In this document: piece by piece, positions 8,171 through 17,775 of the stretch
Layout: every line of letters starts with the position of its first letter
Numbering within the stretch: position 1 is the first letter of the stretch
Origin: Planctomycetales bacterium 4484_123
GTDB lineage: Bacteria; Planctomycetota; Phycisphaerae; SM23-33
Length of the DNA stretch: 27,830 nucleotides
Direction of reading: 5' to 3'
Assembly: GCA_002049885.1 (NCBI GenBank)
Contig: MVCS01000001.1
Coordinates: forward strand, 1 to 27,830
The notes under the pieces: generated by a model
What the model was told of the DNA's origin: nothing
Databases searched by the model: none
Seen by the model: the letters and a program-made list of their open reading frames with translations, nothing else
Position numbers and translations under genes: made by a program

Positions 8171-8231
8171 TTTTGTACCGTGTCTGCTGTGGCCTGCGCC
8201 GGCGCCGGAGGCACCGGCGCACGTGGTTGAT

Positions 8232-9368
8232 TCACTTGAAGCGATCTGCCGCCCTTTCGAAGAAGCCGGGCTTTGACGGTTTGACCTCGCTCTGTTCGAC
8301 GCTTGCCAGGTCGCGCAGGAGTTGCTCGTGTTTCTTGGAAAGTTTTTTGGGCACGACCAGGCGGAGTTGGACGTGCTGGTCGCCTCTGCGTCCGGTACGG
8401 CGGTCGGGCAGCCCGGCCCCCTTGATGGTCACCACATCGCCGGGCTGGGACCCGCGGGGGACCGAGACGCTCAGCGTTCCGCTCAGGGCAGGGACCTGGA
8501 TGGTGGCCCCGAGGGCGGCCTGGGTGTAGGTGATGGCGGCCTGGCAGATGATGTCGTTGCCGGAGCGCCAGAAGGCCTCGTCCGGCAGCACGCGGATGTA
8601 GCAGTGCAGGTCGCCGCGGGGACCGTTTGCCGCCGCCGGCTCGCCCTCGCCCGGGATGCGCAGCACTTCTCCATCGGCCACGCCGGGCGGAATGTGCACG
8701 GTCAGCACGCACTTCTTGCGTTTCCGGCCGGTGCCGCGGCACTCGGGGCAGGCCTCGGCGATGATACGGCCACTGCCCCGGCAGGCCGGGCAGGTCTGGC
8801 TGATACGGAAGAACGAGGAGACCTGGCGTTGGACCCGGCCCGTTCCGCCGCAGCGGCTGCATGTCTGGGGGGCGGTGCCCGGCTTGGCCCCGCTGCCGCC
8901 GCAGTGGTCGCAGAAGTCCATTCGCTCGAACTCCAGCTTCCGTTCCGTGCCGGTGGCGACCTCCTGGAGGGTCACGTCGAACTGGGTTTCGAGGTCGTAG
9001 CCCTTTCGTCTCCGGCCCCAGCGTTGGGCGAAGCCGCCGAGGTCGCCTCCGATCCCGAACAGGTCCCCGAGGATGTCGGCGAACATGCTGGAGATGTCCC
9101 CCAGGTCCATGCCCGAGAAGTCGTGCACGCCCGCCCCGCGCAGGCCGGCGTGCCCGTGGCTGTCGTACAGGGCGCGGCGCCGAGGGTCGGAGAGCACCTC
9201 ATAGGCCTCGGCCAGCTCCTTGAACTTTGCCTCCGCCTCGGCCTTGTCGCCGCGATAGTTGTCGGGGTGGTACTTCAGGGCCAGACGCCGGTAGGCGCGG
9301 CGGATCTCCTCGGGCCCGGCATCGCGGGCCACGCCCAGCACCTCGTAATAGTCTCTTTTCTCTGGCAT
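8232..9368 (-). CDS. dnaJ: Molecular chaperone DnaJ
   Basis: J domain with HPD, G/F-rich region, four CxxCxGxG zinc-finger repeats, C-terminal GDQHV domain. Confidence 0.97.
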   Translation of the reverse strand: MPEKRDYYEVLGVARDAGPEEIRRAYRRLALKYHPDNYRGDKAEAEAKFKELAEAYEVLSDPRRRALYDSHGHAGLRGAGVHDFSGMDLGDISSMFADILGDLFGIGGDLGGFAQRWGRRRKGYDLETQFDVTLQEVATGTERKLEFERMDFCDHCGGSGAKPGTAPQTCSRCGGTGRVQRQVSSFFRISQTCPACRGSGRIIAEACPECRGTGRKRKKCVLTVHIPPGVADGEVLRIPGEGEPAAANGPRGDLHCYIRVLPDEAFWRSGNDIICQAAITYTQAALGATIQVPALSGTLSVSVPRGSQPGDVVTIKGAGLPDRRTGRRGDQHVQLRLVVPKKLSKKHEQLLRDLASVEQSEVKPSKPGFFERAADRFK

Positions 9369-9426
9369 GGGTCCTGGCCAGATGCCCTCTGCGCCTCGGC
9401 CGCCGGTGCGCCCGGCCCCGAAAAGT

Positions 9427-9461
9427 CAGGGGCGCCTCAGCCGACCACCGAAGCGCCCCTG
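9427..9461 (-). terminator. Stem-loop between groEL and dnaJ (possible partial terminator or RNA-stabilising hairpin)
   Basis: 9-bp arms CAGGGGCGC / GCGCCCCTG followed by ACTTTT on the minus strand. Confidence 0.45.
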
Positions 9462-9495
9462 CCACGTGCAGTGAATATCGGCCGACGCGACCGTC

Positions 9496-11118
9496 TCACT
9501 TTATCGCCCCGGCGACTTCCTCTTGCTCTTCGGCCTTCTCGTCGAATTCGGTGACCATGACGTTGGTGGTCAGCAGCAGGCCGGCCATGGAGGCCGCGTT
9601 TTGCAGGGCGGTACGACCGACCTTGGCCGGATCGATGATGCCGGCCTTGAACATGTCGACATATTGGTCGTGGGAGGCGTCGTAGCCGATGTCCTTGCCC
9701 CGCTCCAGGATGATCTCCACCACCACGGCCCCGTCTCCGCCGGCGTTCTCGACGATCTGCATGGTGGGGCAGCGCAGCGCCCGGGCGACGATGTCCACGC
9801 CCAGTTTCTCATCGCCGGTGACCTTGGACCGGACCTTCTCCACAGCTCGGATGGCCCGCAGGAAGGCCACGCCGCCGCCGGGGACGATGCCTTCCTCGTT
9901 GGCGGCCCGGGTGGCGTGCATGGCGTCGTCGATGAGGTCCTTGCGCTCCTTCATCTCGCTTTCGGTGGCGGCGCCGGCGCGGATGATGGCCACCCCGCCG
10001 GTGAGCTTTGCCAGCCGCTCCTGGAGCTTCTCGCGGTCGTAGTCACTGGTGGTCTTTTCGATCTGGTTGCGGATGGTCTGGATGCGGGCGTTGATCTCGC
10101 TGCGCCTGCCGGCGCCCTCGATGATGGTAGTGCTATCCTTGTCCACCACCACGCGCCGGGCCTGGCCCAGCATTGACAGCTCCACGTTCTCCAGCTTGAT
10201 GCCCACGTCCTCGCTGATGAACTGCCCGCCGGTGACCACGGCGATATCGCCGAGGATGGCCTTTCGCCGGTCGCCGAAGGCCGGCGCCTTGACGGCACAG
10301 ACCCTCAACGTGCCCCGCAGCCGGTTGATCACCAGCGCCGCCAGGACCTCGGTGTTCACGTCCTCGCAGATGATCAGCAGCGACCGGCCCGCCGCGACGA
10401 CCTTTTCCAGCAGCGGCACCAGGTCGCGAATGGATTCGATCTTCTTTTCGTGCACCAGAATGAGGGGGTCCTCAAGCACGCATTCCAGGTTGTTGAGGTC
10501 GGTCATGAAGTAGGCCGAGATAAACCCCTTGTCGAACTGCATGCCCTCGACGAACTCCAGTTCGGTCTGGAGGCCCTTGCCTTCCTCGACGGTGATGACC
10601 CCGTCCGGGCCGACCTTCTCGATGGCCTCGGCGATGAGCTTGCCGATGCGCTCATCCCAGTTGGCCGAGACGGTCGCCACCTTGCGGAGCTCGTCGGAGC
10701 TGCGGACCTTCCGCGCCTGTTGGGCGATGCTCTCCACGGCGGCCTCCACGGCCGCGTCGATGCCGCGCTTCAGGGCCAGGGGATTGGCTCCGGCGGCGAC
10801 GGCCTTGAGCCCCTCGCGCATGATGGCCTCGGCGAGGACCACCGCCGTGGTGGTGCCGTCGCCGGCGACGTCCGAGGTCTTCGAGGCCACCTGGTTGAGC
10901 AGCTTGGCACCCATGTTGGCGAAGGGGTTGGTCAGCTCGATCTCCTTGCTGACGGTGACGCCGTCCTTGGTGACCTTGGGCCCGCCGAAGGACTTTTGCA
11001 GCAGCACGTTCCTGCCGGTAGGTCCCAGGGTGACCTTCACGGCCGCGGCCAGGGCGGCCGCCCCGTCCAGCAGCGCCGCCCGCGCATCGGCGTCGAAGAG
11101 CATCTGTTTGGCTGCCAT
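9496..11118 (-). CDS. groEL: Chaperonin GroEL (downstream paralog, no GGM tail)
   Basis: [39 protein letters not shown]; AAGGAG SD before the ATG at 11118. Confidence 0.97.
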   Translation of the reverse strand: MAAKQMLFDADARAALLDGAAALAAAVKVTLGPTGRNVLLQKSFGGPKVTKDGVTVSKEIELTNPFANMGAKLLNQVASKTSDVAGDGTTTAVVLAEAIMREGLKAVAAGANPLALKRGIDAAVEAAVESIAQQARKVRSSDELRKVATVSANWDERIGKLIAEAIEKVGPDGVITVEEGKGLQTELEFVEGMQFDKGFISAYFMTDLNNLECVLEDPLILVHEKKIESIRDLVPLLEKVVAAGRSLLIICEDVNTEVLAALVINRLRGTLRVCAVKAPAFGDRRKAILGDIAVVTGGQFISEDVGIKLENVELSMLGQARRVVVDKDSTTIIEGAGRRSEINARIQTIRNQIEKTTSDYDREKLQERLAKLTGGVAIIRAGAATESEMKERKDLIDDAMHATRAANEEGIVPGGGVAFLRAIRAVEKVRSKVTGDEKLGVDIVARALRCPTMQIVENAGGDGAVVVEIILERGKDIGYDASHDQYVDMFKAGIIDPAKVGRTALQNAASMAGLLLTTNVMVTEFDEKAEEQEEVAGAIK

Positions 11119-11229
11119 CTTTTGCTCCTTCATGGACTGATCGATCGGCCGACTGACCGTCGCGCCCCTCGGCGGGCGCCGCCCCGGCAGCGGGCCGGCG
11201 GTCGGCCCCTCAGCCTCTCGCCCAGGGGG

Positions 11230-11520
11230 CTATTTCTCCACCACTGCCAGCACGTCGGATTCACGGAGGATGACGTAATCCTCCCCGTCGATCTTCACCT
11301 CCGTGCCGGCGTACTTGGCATAGTACACCTCGTCGCCTTTCTTGAGGCTCATCTCGCTACGCTTGCCTGAATCCAGCAGCTTGCCCGGCCCCACGGCCAC
11401 GATGGTGCCGCGCTGGGGCTTTTCCTGTGCGGTGTCCGGCAGGACGATCCCGCCGGCCGTTACCTCTTCGGCTTTGGACTGCTTGACCAACACCCGGTCT
11501 TCCAACGGTTTCACTGCCAT
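11230..11520 (-). CDS. groES: Co-chaperonin GroES
   Basis: [43 protein letters not shown]; AAGGAG SD before the ATG at 11520. Confidence 0.97.
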   Translation of the reverse strand: MAVKPLEDRVLVKQSKAEEVTAGGIVLPDTAQEKPQRGTIVAVGPGKLLDSGKRSEMSLKKGDEVYYAKYAGTEVKIDGEDYVILRESDVLAVVEK

Positions 11521-11616
11521 CTGTCGGTGCTCCTTCCTACAAATCCCTGCCGTGCAACGGCGGCCCATCGCCCGATGCTCCAGTCCAACGGTCACAGCGG
11601 GGCCCGACAGGCCCCA

Positions 11617-13242
11617 TCAGGCCATGCCGCCGGGGCCGCCGGGAGAACCTTCCTCCTCCTCGGTGGGCTTCTCGGTGACCACGCAGTTGCAGGTCAGCAG
11701 CAGCGTGGCCACGCTGACGGCGTTGGCCAGGGCGGACTTTGTGACCTTCGCCGGGTCGATTACACCGGCGGCCAGCAGGTCCTCGTAGCGCATGGTCTCG
11801 GCGTTGAAGCCGAAGCCGTCTCCGCCGCTCTCGACCTTCCGCAGCACGACCGACGGTTCCCGGCCGGCGTTGGCCACGATCTGGCGGAGTGGCTCCTCCA
11901 GGGCCCGGGCCACGATGGCCACCCCGGTGGCCTCGTCGCCCTGGGCCTTGATGTCCTTCAGGGCGCTCTTGGCCCGCACCAGTGCCACGCCCCCGCCGGG
12001 CAGGATGCCCTCCTCGATGGCCGCTCGGGTCGCGTGCAGGGCGTCCTCGACGCGGGCCTTCTTTTCCTTCATCTCCGACTCGGTGGCCGCCCCGACGTTT
12101 ATCTGGGCCACCCCGCCGGCCAGCTTCGCCAGCCGCTCCTGGAGCTTCTCGCGGTCGTAGTCGGAAGTGGTGGTCTCGATCTCCTCGCGGATCTGGGCGA
12201 TCCGGCCCTGGATGGCGCGGGTGCTGCCGGCGCCCTCGATGATGGTGGTGTTGTCGTTGTCCACCACCACCCTCTTGGCCTGGCCCAGGTCGGTCAGGGA
12301 GATGTTCTCCAGGTCGATGCCCAGGTCCTTGGTAAAGACCTTGCCGTTGGTGAGGATGCCGATATCGGCCAGCATGGCCTTGCGCCTGTCGCCGTAGCCG
12401 GGGGCCTTGACCGCACAGCAAGAGACGATGCCGCGGAGCTTGTTGACCACCAGCGTGGCCAGGGCCTCGCCCTCGACGTCCTCGGCGATGATCAGCAGGG
12501 GTTTCTTGGCCTTGGCCACCTTCTCCAGCAGCGGCACCAGCTTGCCCACGTTGCTGATCTTCTCTTCCAGGATCAGGATGAGGGGGCGTTCGAGCACGCA
12601 GACCATGTCTTCCTGATTGGTGGCGAAGTGCGGGCTGAGGAAGCCGCGGTCGAACTGCATGCCTTCGACCACGTCCACGGTGGTCTCGATGCCGCGGCCT
12701 TCCTCCACGGTGATCACGCCGTCCTTGCCCACCTTGGCCAGGGCGTCGGCCATTATCTTGCCCACGCTGACATCGTTGTTCGCCGAGATGGCCGCCACGT
12801 TGACAATGTCGGTGCGGTTGCTGATGTCCACGGGCCGGGACATCCGGGTGAGGGCCTCATCGACCTTGGCCGCCGCCCGGCGGATGCCGCGCGCCAGGGC
12901 CATGGCGTCGGCCCCGGCGGCGATGTTCTTGAGTCCCTCGGCCAGGATGGCCTGGGCCAGCACGGTGGCCGTGGTCGTGCCGTCGCCGGCGGCGTCCGAG
13001 GTCTTGCTGGCGGCCTCCTTGACCAATTGGGCGCCCATGTTCTCGAACTTGTCGGTCAGCTCGATTTCCTCGGCGACGGTCACGCCGTCCTTGGTGACTG
13101 TCGGGGCGCCCCAGCCCTTGTCCAGCACGGCCGTTCGGCCGCGGGGACCCAGCGTGCTCTTGACCGCATCGGTGACCTTGTTGACGCCCGCCAGCAGGGC
13201 GGCCCGGGCATCGCTGTCGAAGGCCAGTTGCTTGACCGCCAT
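11617..13242 (-). CDS. groEL: Chaperonin GroEL (upstream paralog)
   Basis: [37 protein letters not shown], short GGPGGM tail; AAGGAG SD before the ATG at 13242. Confidence 0.97.
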   Translation of the reverse strand: MAVKQLAFDSDARAALLAGVNKVTDAVKSTLGPRGRTAVLDKGWGAPTVTKDGVTVAEEIELTDKFENMGAQLVKEAASKTSDAAGDGTTTATVLAQAILAEGLKNIAAGADAMALARGIRRAAAKVDEALTRMSRPVDISNRTDIVNVAAISANNDVSVGKIMADALAKVGKDGVITVEEGRGIETTVDVVEGMQFDRGFLSPHFATNQEDMVCVLERPLILILEEKISNVGKLVPLLEKVAKAKKPLLIIAEDVEGEALATLVVNKLRGIVSCCAVKAPGYGDRRKAMLADIGILTNGKVFTKDLGIDLENISLTDLGQAKRVVVDNDNTTIIEGAGSTRAIQGRIAQIREEIETTTSDYDREKLQERLAKLAGGVAQINVGAATESEMKEKKARVEDALHATRAAIEEGILPGGGVALVRAKSALKDIKAQGDEATGVAIVARALEEPLRQIVANAGREPSVVLRKVESGGDGFGFNAETMRYEDLLAAGVIDPAKVTKSALANAVSVATLLLTCNCVVTEKPTEEEEGSPGGPGGMA

Positions 13243-13416
13243 GGAAGCTTCTCCTTTCCCTTCGGCTGCCGTCTCACTCGCCAGGCCGGCCGCGCCCAAG
13301 TCCATGCAGCGCCCCCACGCCCGTTCCCGGCGGCTCGGCCGCCACTGCATCGGCCGGGGCGGTACTGCCCGACCCAGGCCCGGCACAACGACTCCGCCGT
13401 ATTGGCCCAGCTTCGG

Positions 13417-13432
13417 TGCAATTGCCGTGCCT
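13417..13432 (-). promoter_or_regulatory. sigma54 (RpoN) -24/-12 promoter candidate for the chaperone cluster
   Basis: Minus strand AGGCACGGCAATTGCA: GG-N10-GC spacing, close to the TGGCACG-N4-TTGCW consensus. Confidence 0.65.
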
Positions 13433-13769
13433 GTGGAGCTAAGCGTTTCCGTGGCGACATGTTATGTGCAACATCGGCATTTGTCGCTGCTGTCGTGCCT
13501 GCCAGATGGTGCAGCCTGGCCAGACCTTGCCGGCGATTTTGACAGGTGCAGGCCCGCCCAAGCATCTCCATGGGCCCTGGCGGCACTGGCCGGCCGACAG
13601 TCGCCGCCAAGGGGCCCGAGCGGCAGATGCGCCCCGTCGCGGTGGTTCCCAGTTGCACTGGCCTGACCGTCAGATGCCGCCAAGGCACGTGGTCGGCCGC
13701 CCGAAGGGGCGAAGATTGCCTCGTTTGGACCTTTCCCGGCCCCTCCGGTCGTATATCATAGGCGGGATT

Positions 13770-15308
13770 ATGCCCGACCTGCGCGAATATCTTGGCAGCG
13801 AGACGTTGGAGCAATTGACCGGTCTGTTCTCGGAGGCCGTGGGGTCTCCGGTGCGGATCATCTCCGCTGATGAGGCGCCCCTGGCCGGTGCGGCGAGCGC
13901 GACTCGCCTGGCCGGGCAGATGCGGATCGTGGTGGCCGGCCGGCATGTCGGCAGCATCGCCCTGGACGGTTCGGCCGGCCCGCCGACACCGGAGGGCCTC
14001 CGGCTGCTGGGGCTGATGCGCGACATGCTCACTCGCCTGTGCGAACAGGCCCACCAGCTCCGCGAGCGCGTTGAGGAGCTGGCGGCGATGTACAGGCTGA
14101 CGGAGGTCTTCACCGGGCGGAGATCCCTGGAGGAGGTCCACCGGCTCGCCGCCGAGACCATGGTCAAGGTCACCGGCGCGGACGCCTGTTCCATCCGGGT
14201 GTTCAACGACGACCGCACCGAATTGCTGTGCGTGGCGGCCTGCGGTCTGAGCCGGCAGTACATGGACAAGGGCTCCATCCTGCTGGCCGACAGCCAGATC
14301 GACCAGCAGGTGGTGGCCACGGGCCAGTGCGTGTACATCGCCGACGAGCGCACGGACGAGCGCGTGCTGTACCAGGCCGAGGCCCGGCGGGAGGGGATAG
14401 TCTCGGCCCTGTGCGCCCCCATGGCCTACAAGGGCAGGGTGGAGGGCGTCGTCCGGGTGTACACGCGCCGGCGGCACGAGTTCGACTGGTTCGAGACCTC
14501 GCTCATTCGGGGCGTGGCGTCGCAGGCGGCGGCCGCCATCGTCAACGCCCGGCTATATGCCGAGGCCCTCTCGGCGGAGCGCATCCGCCGGCATCTGCGC
14601 CTGGCGGGCGAGGTCCAGCGGCGGATGATCCCGGCCCGGCCGCCGCACATCGAGGGCGTGGACGTGGCCGCCGTCTATGTGCCCTGCTTCGAGCTGGGGG
14701 GCGATTTCTACGATTTCATCGAGTTGCCGGCGGACAACTGGGGCCTGTGCGTGGCGGACGTGGTGGGCAAGGGGGTGCGGGCGTCCCTGTTGATGGCCTC
14801 GGCGCGGTCGTCGCTGCGGGCGCACGCCTTCCACATGTTCGCCCTCTCGGACGTGCTGTCCGCAGTCAACGTGGACATGTGGTGCCAGAGCGACGAGAGC
14901 GATTTCCTGACCATGTTCTACGGGGTGCTGGACGTGCGGGACCGCCGGCTGACGTACTGCAACGCCGGCCACGAGCCGCCCCTGCTGGTTCGCGGCGGGC
15001 AGGTGCGGGCGCTGGGCAGTTCCGGCGGCGTCATCGGCATGGACCCGCACATGCAGTATGGCCACGAGGTGTTGGAGCTGCGCAGTGGCGACGCGCTGCT
15101 GATGTACACCGACGGGTTGCCGGAGGCGATCAACTTTGACGATGAGGCCTTCGGGCGGGAGCGGGTGCGGTCGGCCGCACTGTCCGCCGTGCGGCGCGGC
15201 GAGACGGCCGAGGGCATCGGCAAGCACGTGTTGTGGGAGATGCGACGCTTTGCGGGCTTGCAGCGTCGCTTCGATGACTTGACATTGGTGGTCGTTCGGT
15301 TTCAATGA
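13770..15308 (+). CDS. GAF domain + PP2C/SpoIIE (RsbU-like) serine phosphatase with a short PocR-like N-terminus
   Basis: GAF region (ACSIRV...SALCAPM...GVVRVY...QAAAAIVNARLY); PP2C motifs GGDFYD, ADVVGKG, NAGH, YTDGL, DDLTL. The ATG at 13770 is preferred because the track extension from 13464 is non-homologous. Confidence 0.9.
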   Translation: MPDLREYLGSETLEQLTGLFSEAVGSPVRIISADEAPLAGAASATRLAGQMRIVVAGRHVGSIALDGSAGPPTPEGLRLLGLMRDMLTRLCEQAHQLRERVEELAAMYRLTEVFTGRRSLEEVHRLAAETMVKVTGADACSIRVFNDDRTELLCVAACGLSRQYMDKGSILLADSQIDQQVVATGQCVYIADERTDERVLYQAEARREGIVSALCAPMAYKGRVEGVVRVYTRRRHEFDWFETSLIRGVASQAAAAIVNARLYAEALSAERIRRHLRLAGEVQRRMIPARPPHIEGVDVAAVYVPCFELGGDFYDFIELPADNWGLCVADVVGKGVRASLLMASARSSLRAHAFHMFALSDVLSAVNVDMWCQSDESDFLTMFYGVLDVRDRRLTYCNAGHEPPLLVRGGQVRALGSSGGVIGMDPHMQYGHEVLELRSGDALLMYTDGLPEAINFDDEAFGRERVRSAALSAVRRGETAEGIGKHVLWEMRRFAGLQRRFDDLTLVVVRFQ

Positions 15309-15402
15309 GGCGGCGTCAGCCGTTTCCGCCCCATGACGCGGGGGGCGAGATCGGCCGAGAAAGCCAGGCCGCGTCGGACCGTGCTTTTCGCTCGTAGTAC
15401 CG

Positions 15403-16473
15403 ATGAGTCATTTCTGTCTTCTGGCCGATCCAGACAACTACACCGTCACGGACGTGGACCTGCTCGCCGACGCGGATGCCAGGGCTTACTGGATCAGGTT
15501 GTTCGAGGAGCATTTCGAACGGGCGCTGGCGGCGGCTCGTGAGGCCTACGGTCGGGCGCACGCCAAGGATGTGGAATCAGCGCGGGCGGCCTTCGCGGCG
15601 GCCCTGGCCCCGCTGCGGGGCCGGGAGGTCCCGGACATGGACGGCCCCGTGGGCGTGGTGCAGCTCTGCCGCATGCGGGAGAGGGCCCTTCGCGACAACG
15701 GCCTGCACGATCCCTTCCGCCATATCAAGCTCAGGGAAAACCAGCGTGCCCTGGGAGCATACCCCGAGGTGGTGGCCAGGCTGGAGGAGTTCAGCCCCGA
15801 GCAGCGCTGGGAGGAGCTCATCCGCGGCGTGTTCGCCGGGAACATCTTCGACCTGGGCAGCGCCGCGACCATGGGCTACGCCGACCAGCAGGTGGATTTC
15901 CCCGCCGAGGTGGAAAAGATCAGGTCCCGGCCGTGGCGAATCGATGATTTCGACGCCCTGGCCGAAGTGCTTCCACTGGCCGGGGGCGAACCGGCGCCGT
16001 GGGGCAAGGCCGTAATCTTCGTGGACAACGCCGGGGCCGACTTCGTCCTGGGCCTGATGCCCCTGGCGCGGGAGCTGGCCGCCCATGGCACCCAGGTGGT
16101 GCTGGCCGCCAACGAGCTGCCCAGCCTCAACGACATCACGGCCGATGAGACCGCGGACCTCGTGGGGCAGTTGACCACAGTCGATGAGGACCTGGCCAGC
16201 TACGTCTCGGCGGGACTGTTCGAGGTGGTCTCCACGGGGAACGATATCCCGCTGATCGACTTCTCTGAAGTCTCCGATGAGCTCAACGAGGCCGCCGCGA
16301 ACGCCGACCTGGTGGTCCTGGAAGGCATGGGGCGGAGCGTCGAGAGCAACCTCAACACGCAGTTCACGGTGGACTCCATCCAGTTGTGCCTGCTGAAGGA
16401 CCCATTCGTCGCGGCCTGGGTCGGAGGGGAGGTCTTCGACTGCGTGTGCATGTACCGCCCGGTGGAAGGGTAG
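15403..16473 (+). CDS. DUF89/ARMT1-like damage-control metal-dependent phosphatase (PANK4 C-terminal / plant subfamily II type)
   Basis: KLREN..AL, GVFAGNIFDLGS, RPWRIDD, VIFVDNAGADFVLG, LAANELPSLND, LEGMGR..ESN. Confidence 0.88.
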   Translation: MSHFCLLADPDNYTVTDVDLLADADARAYWIRLFEEHFERALAAAREAYGRAHAKDVESARAAFAAALAPLRGREVPDMDGPVGVVQLCRMRERALRDNGLHDPFRHIKLRENQRALGAYPEVVARLEEFSPEQRWEELIRGVFAGNIFDLGSAATMGYADQQVDFPAEVEKIRSRPWRIDDFDALAEVLPLAGGEPAPWGKAVIFVDNAGADFVLGLMPLARELAAHGTQVVLAANELPSLNDITADETADLVGQLTTVDEDLASYVSAGLFEVVSTGNDIPLIDFSEVSDELNEAAANADLVVLEGMGRSVESNLNTQFTVDSIQLCLLKDPFVAAWVGGEVFDCVCMYRPVEG

Positions 16474-16554
16474 GCCCCGGCTTCGCTGTCCCCCTCGCAA
16501 GGACGGGTCCGGGGATCGAAATCCCTGGGCCTCTGTGTGGTCTTGGCGCACGCC

Positions 16555-16647
16555 CTACGCTTCGCGGGCGGCCTGGACGTAGGCCTCGAAGTTCTCCACG
16601 GGCACCTCCGGCTCCAGCACGTGGGTGGGGCCGAGTATCAACCGGCC
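16555..16647 (-). pseudogene. C-terminal remnant of a uroporphyrinogen decarboxylase (UroD/MtaA-CmuA) family gene, fused to the GH20 remnant
   Basis: GRLILGPTHVLEPEVPVENFEAYVQAAREA* matches the typical end of UroD-family proteins (G.IL.P.H.....VP.EN). Confidence 0.65.
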
Positions 16648-17366
16648 GGCGGCGCCACCGATGCCGAAGAGTTGCCGGCACAGGCGGGCCATGAATGCAG
16701 CCCCCGCCGCACCGGCCCGGCCTGGCGGACCATGGCGGCGGTATAGGCCGCCGCCGGCAGGTAGGCGTCCCGCAGGCCGCGCCAGGGCGCCCACCAGGTG
16801 TTGACCAGGCCGAGGACCTTCCCGCCCCGGGCGCCCCGCCGCAGCGTCGCCGCCATGGCGTCCATGTTCTCGAAGTTGGCCCGATTGGGCATGATCATGT
16901 CGCCCGAGTGGCACAGGGCAGGGCAGCCGATGACGCGGAAGCCCGCCCGCAGGCTGCGGCGGATGGGCTCGGGCCGGATGGCCCGGTACTGCCAGTGGGC
17001 CAGGATGAGGTCGCGCGGCAGGGACTTCAGCATGGCCGGGTCGTGCTCCACATGGTCGGCCCAGACTATCATCTCCTTGCCGGCGGCGGCGACGGCCTGG
17101 TGAATCGCCTTGAGGTGCTGGGCGTAGAGCCACCATCTGGGCCGACCCCGGCTGCGGCGCCGGCAGCGCGGGCAGTCGCCCACGTTCACCTCGTCCATGC
17201 CGGCGTGGAAGTACCGGCTGGGGAACAGCTCGGCCACCTCGGCGATGATTTCCTTCAGCAGCGGCAGCGTGCGCGGGTGGGACGGGCAGATGGCGTTGAA
17301 GCCGTGGCCCTCCCCGCCGTCGGCCAGTTCGGCGTATTGTGGCAGGGAGGTGATGGCCCGGGCGTG
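16648..17366 (-). pseudogene. Glycoside hydrolase family 20 (beta-N-acetylhexosaminidase-like) fragment
   Basis: HARAITSLPQY...AICPSHP...LFPSRYFHAGMDEV (catalytic DE pair), MIVWAD, WQY, GLVNTWW. There is no homologous N-terminus or credible start, and the frame shifts near nt 16701-16705. Confidence 0.78.
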
Positions 17367-17440
17367 GTCGGGCATCTTGCCAGGGCGCTCCGGGTGGGGC
17401 AAGCCTCGGGCCGACCAACTTGGAAGCCGGATGCTGCCAT
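17364..17440. repeat. REP-like GC-rich element at the GH20 truncation point
   Basis: Contains GGGCATCTTGCC and TGGAAGCCGGATGCTGCCA. An inverted copy of the core (GGGCAAGATG) lies near nt 17566. The resemblance to PVC short palindromic repeats is from recall and was not searched. Confidence 0.35.
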
Positions 17441-17636
17441 GAGCGATGTGAAAGTTTGCAGGCAACCAGACAGGAATCGGGAGGATTAAGCCGACAGGCA
17501 GCAGTGAGGCCCAAGGGGGCGGAAGGCGCAATTTTTTGTGTAAGTTGTCTTTTCTGCTGGACTTGGGCAAGATGGGGCGGGCGGTCAGGGTCGTGGCTCT
17601 GCAACAATTTCCAGCAAATCTAGTCCCATTAGCCCC

Positions 17637-17664
17637 TTGACAGATGAGGAATTCGTGGTAAACT
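17637..17664 (+). promoter_or_regulatory. Strong sigma70 promoter of the PEP-CTERM gene
   Basis: TTGACA-N16-TAAACT with an extended -10 TG. Confidence 0.75.
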
Positions 17665-17775
17665 AAGGGCACTTGGAAGGAGCCTCAGAGAAGTACTTCG
17701 CAAGCGTTTCAGGAGGCGTAGTCGCCACATCGGTTGTTATCGGAGTCTCGGGATTCAAGACTAAGGAGGCAGAGA

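Noticed and set aside
13464-13769. N-terminal extension of the PP2C ORF
   Set aside because: It is non-homologous sequence crossing the divergent promoter region; the ATG at 13770 fits better.
17665-17775. Possible c-di-GMP or other riboswitch in the PEP-CTERM leader
   Set aside because: The hallmark motifs (e.g. GGCAAA...GAAA...GACGCAAAGC) are not present; an Rfam/Infernal scan would be needed.
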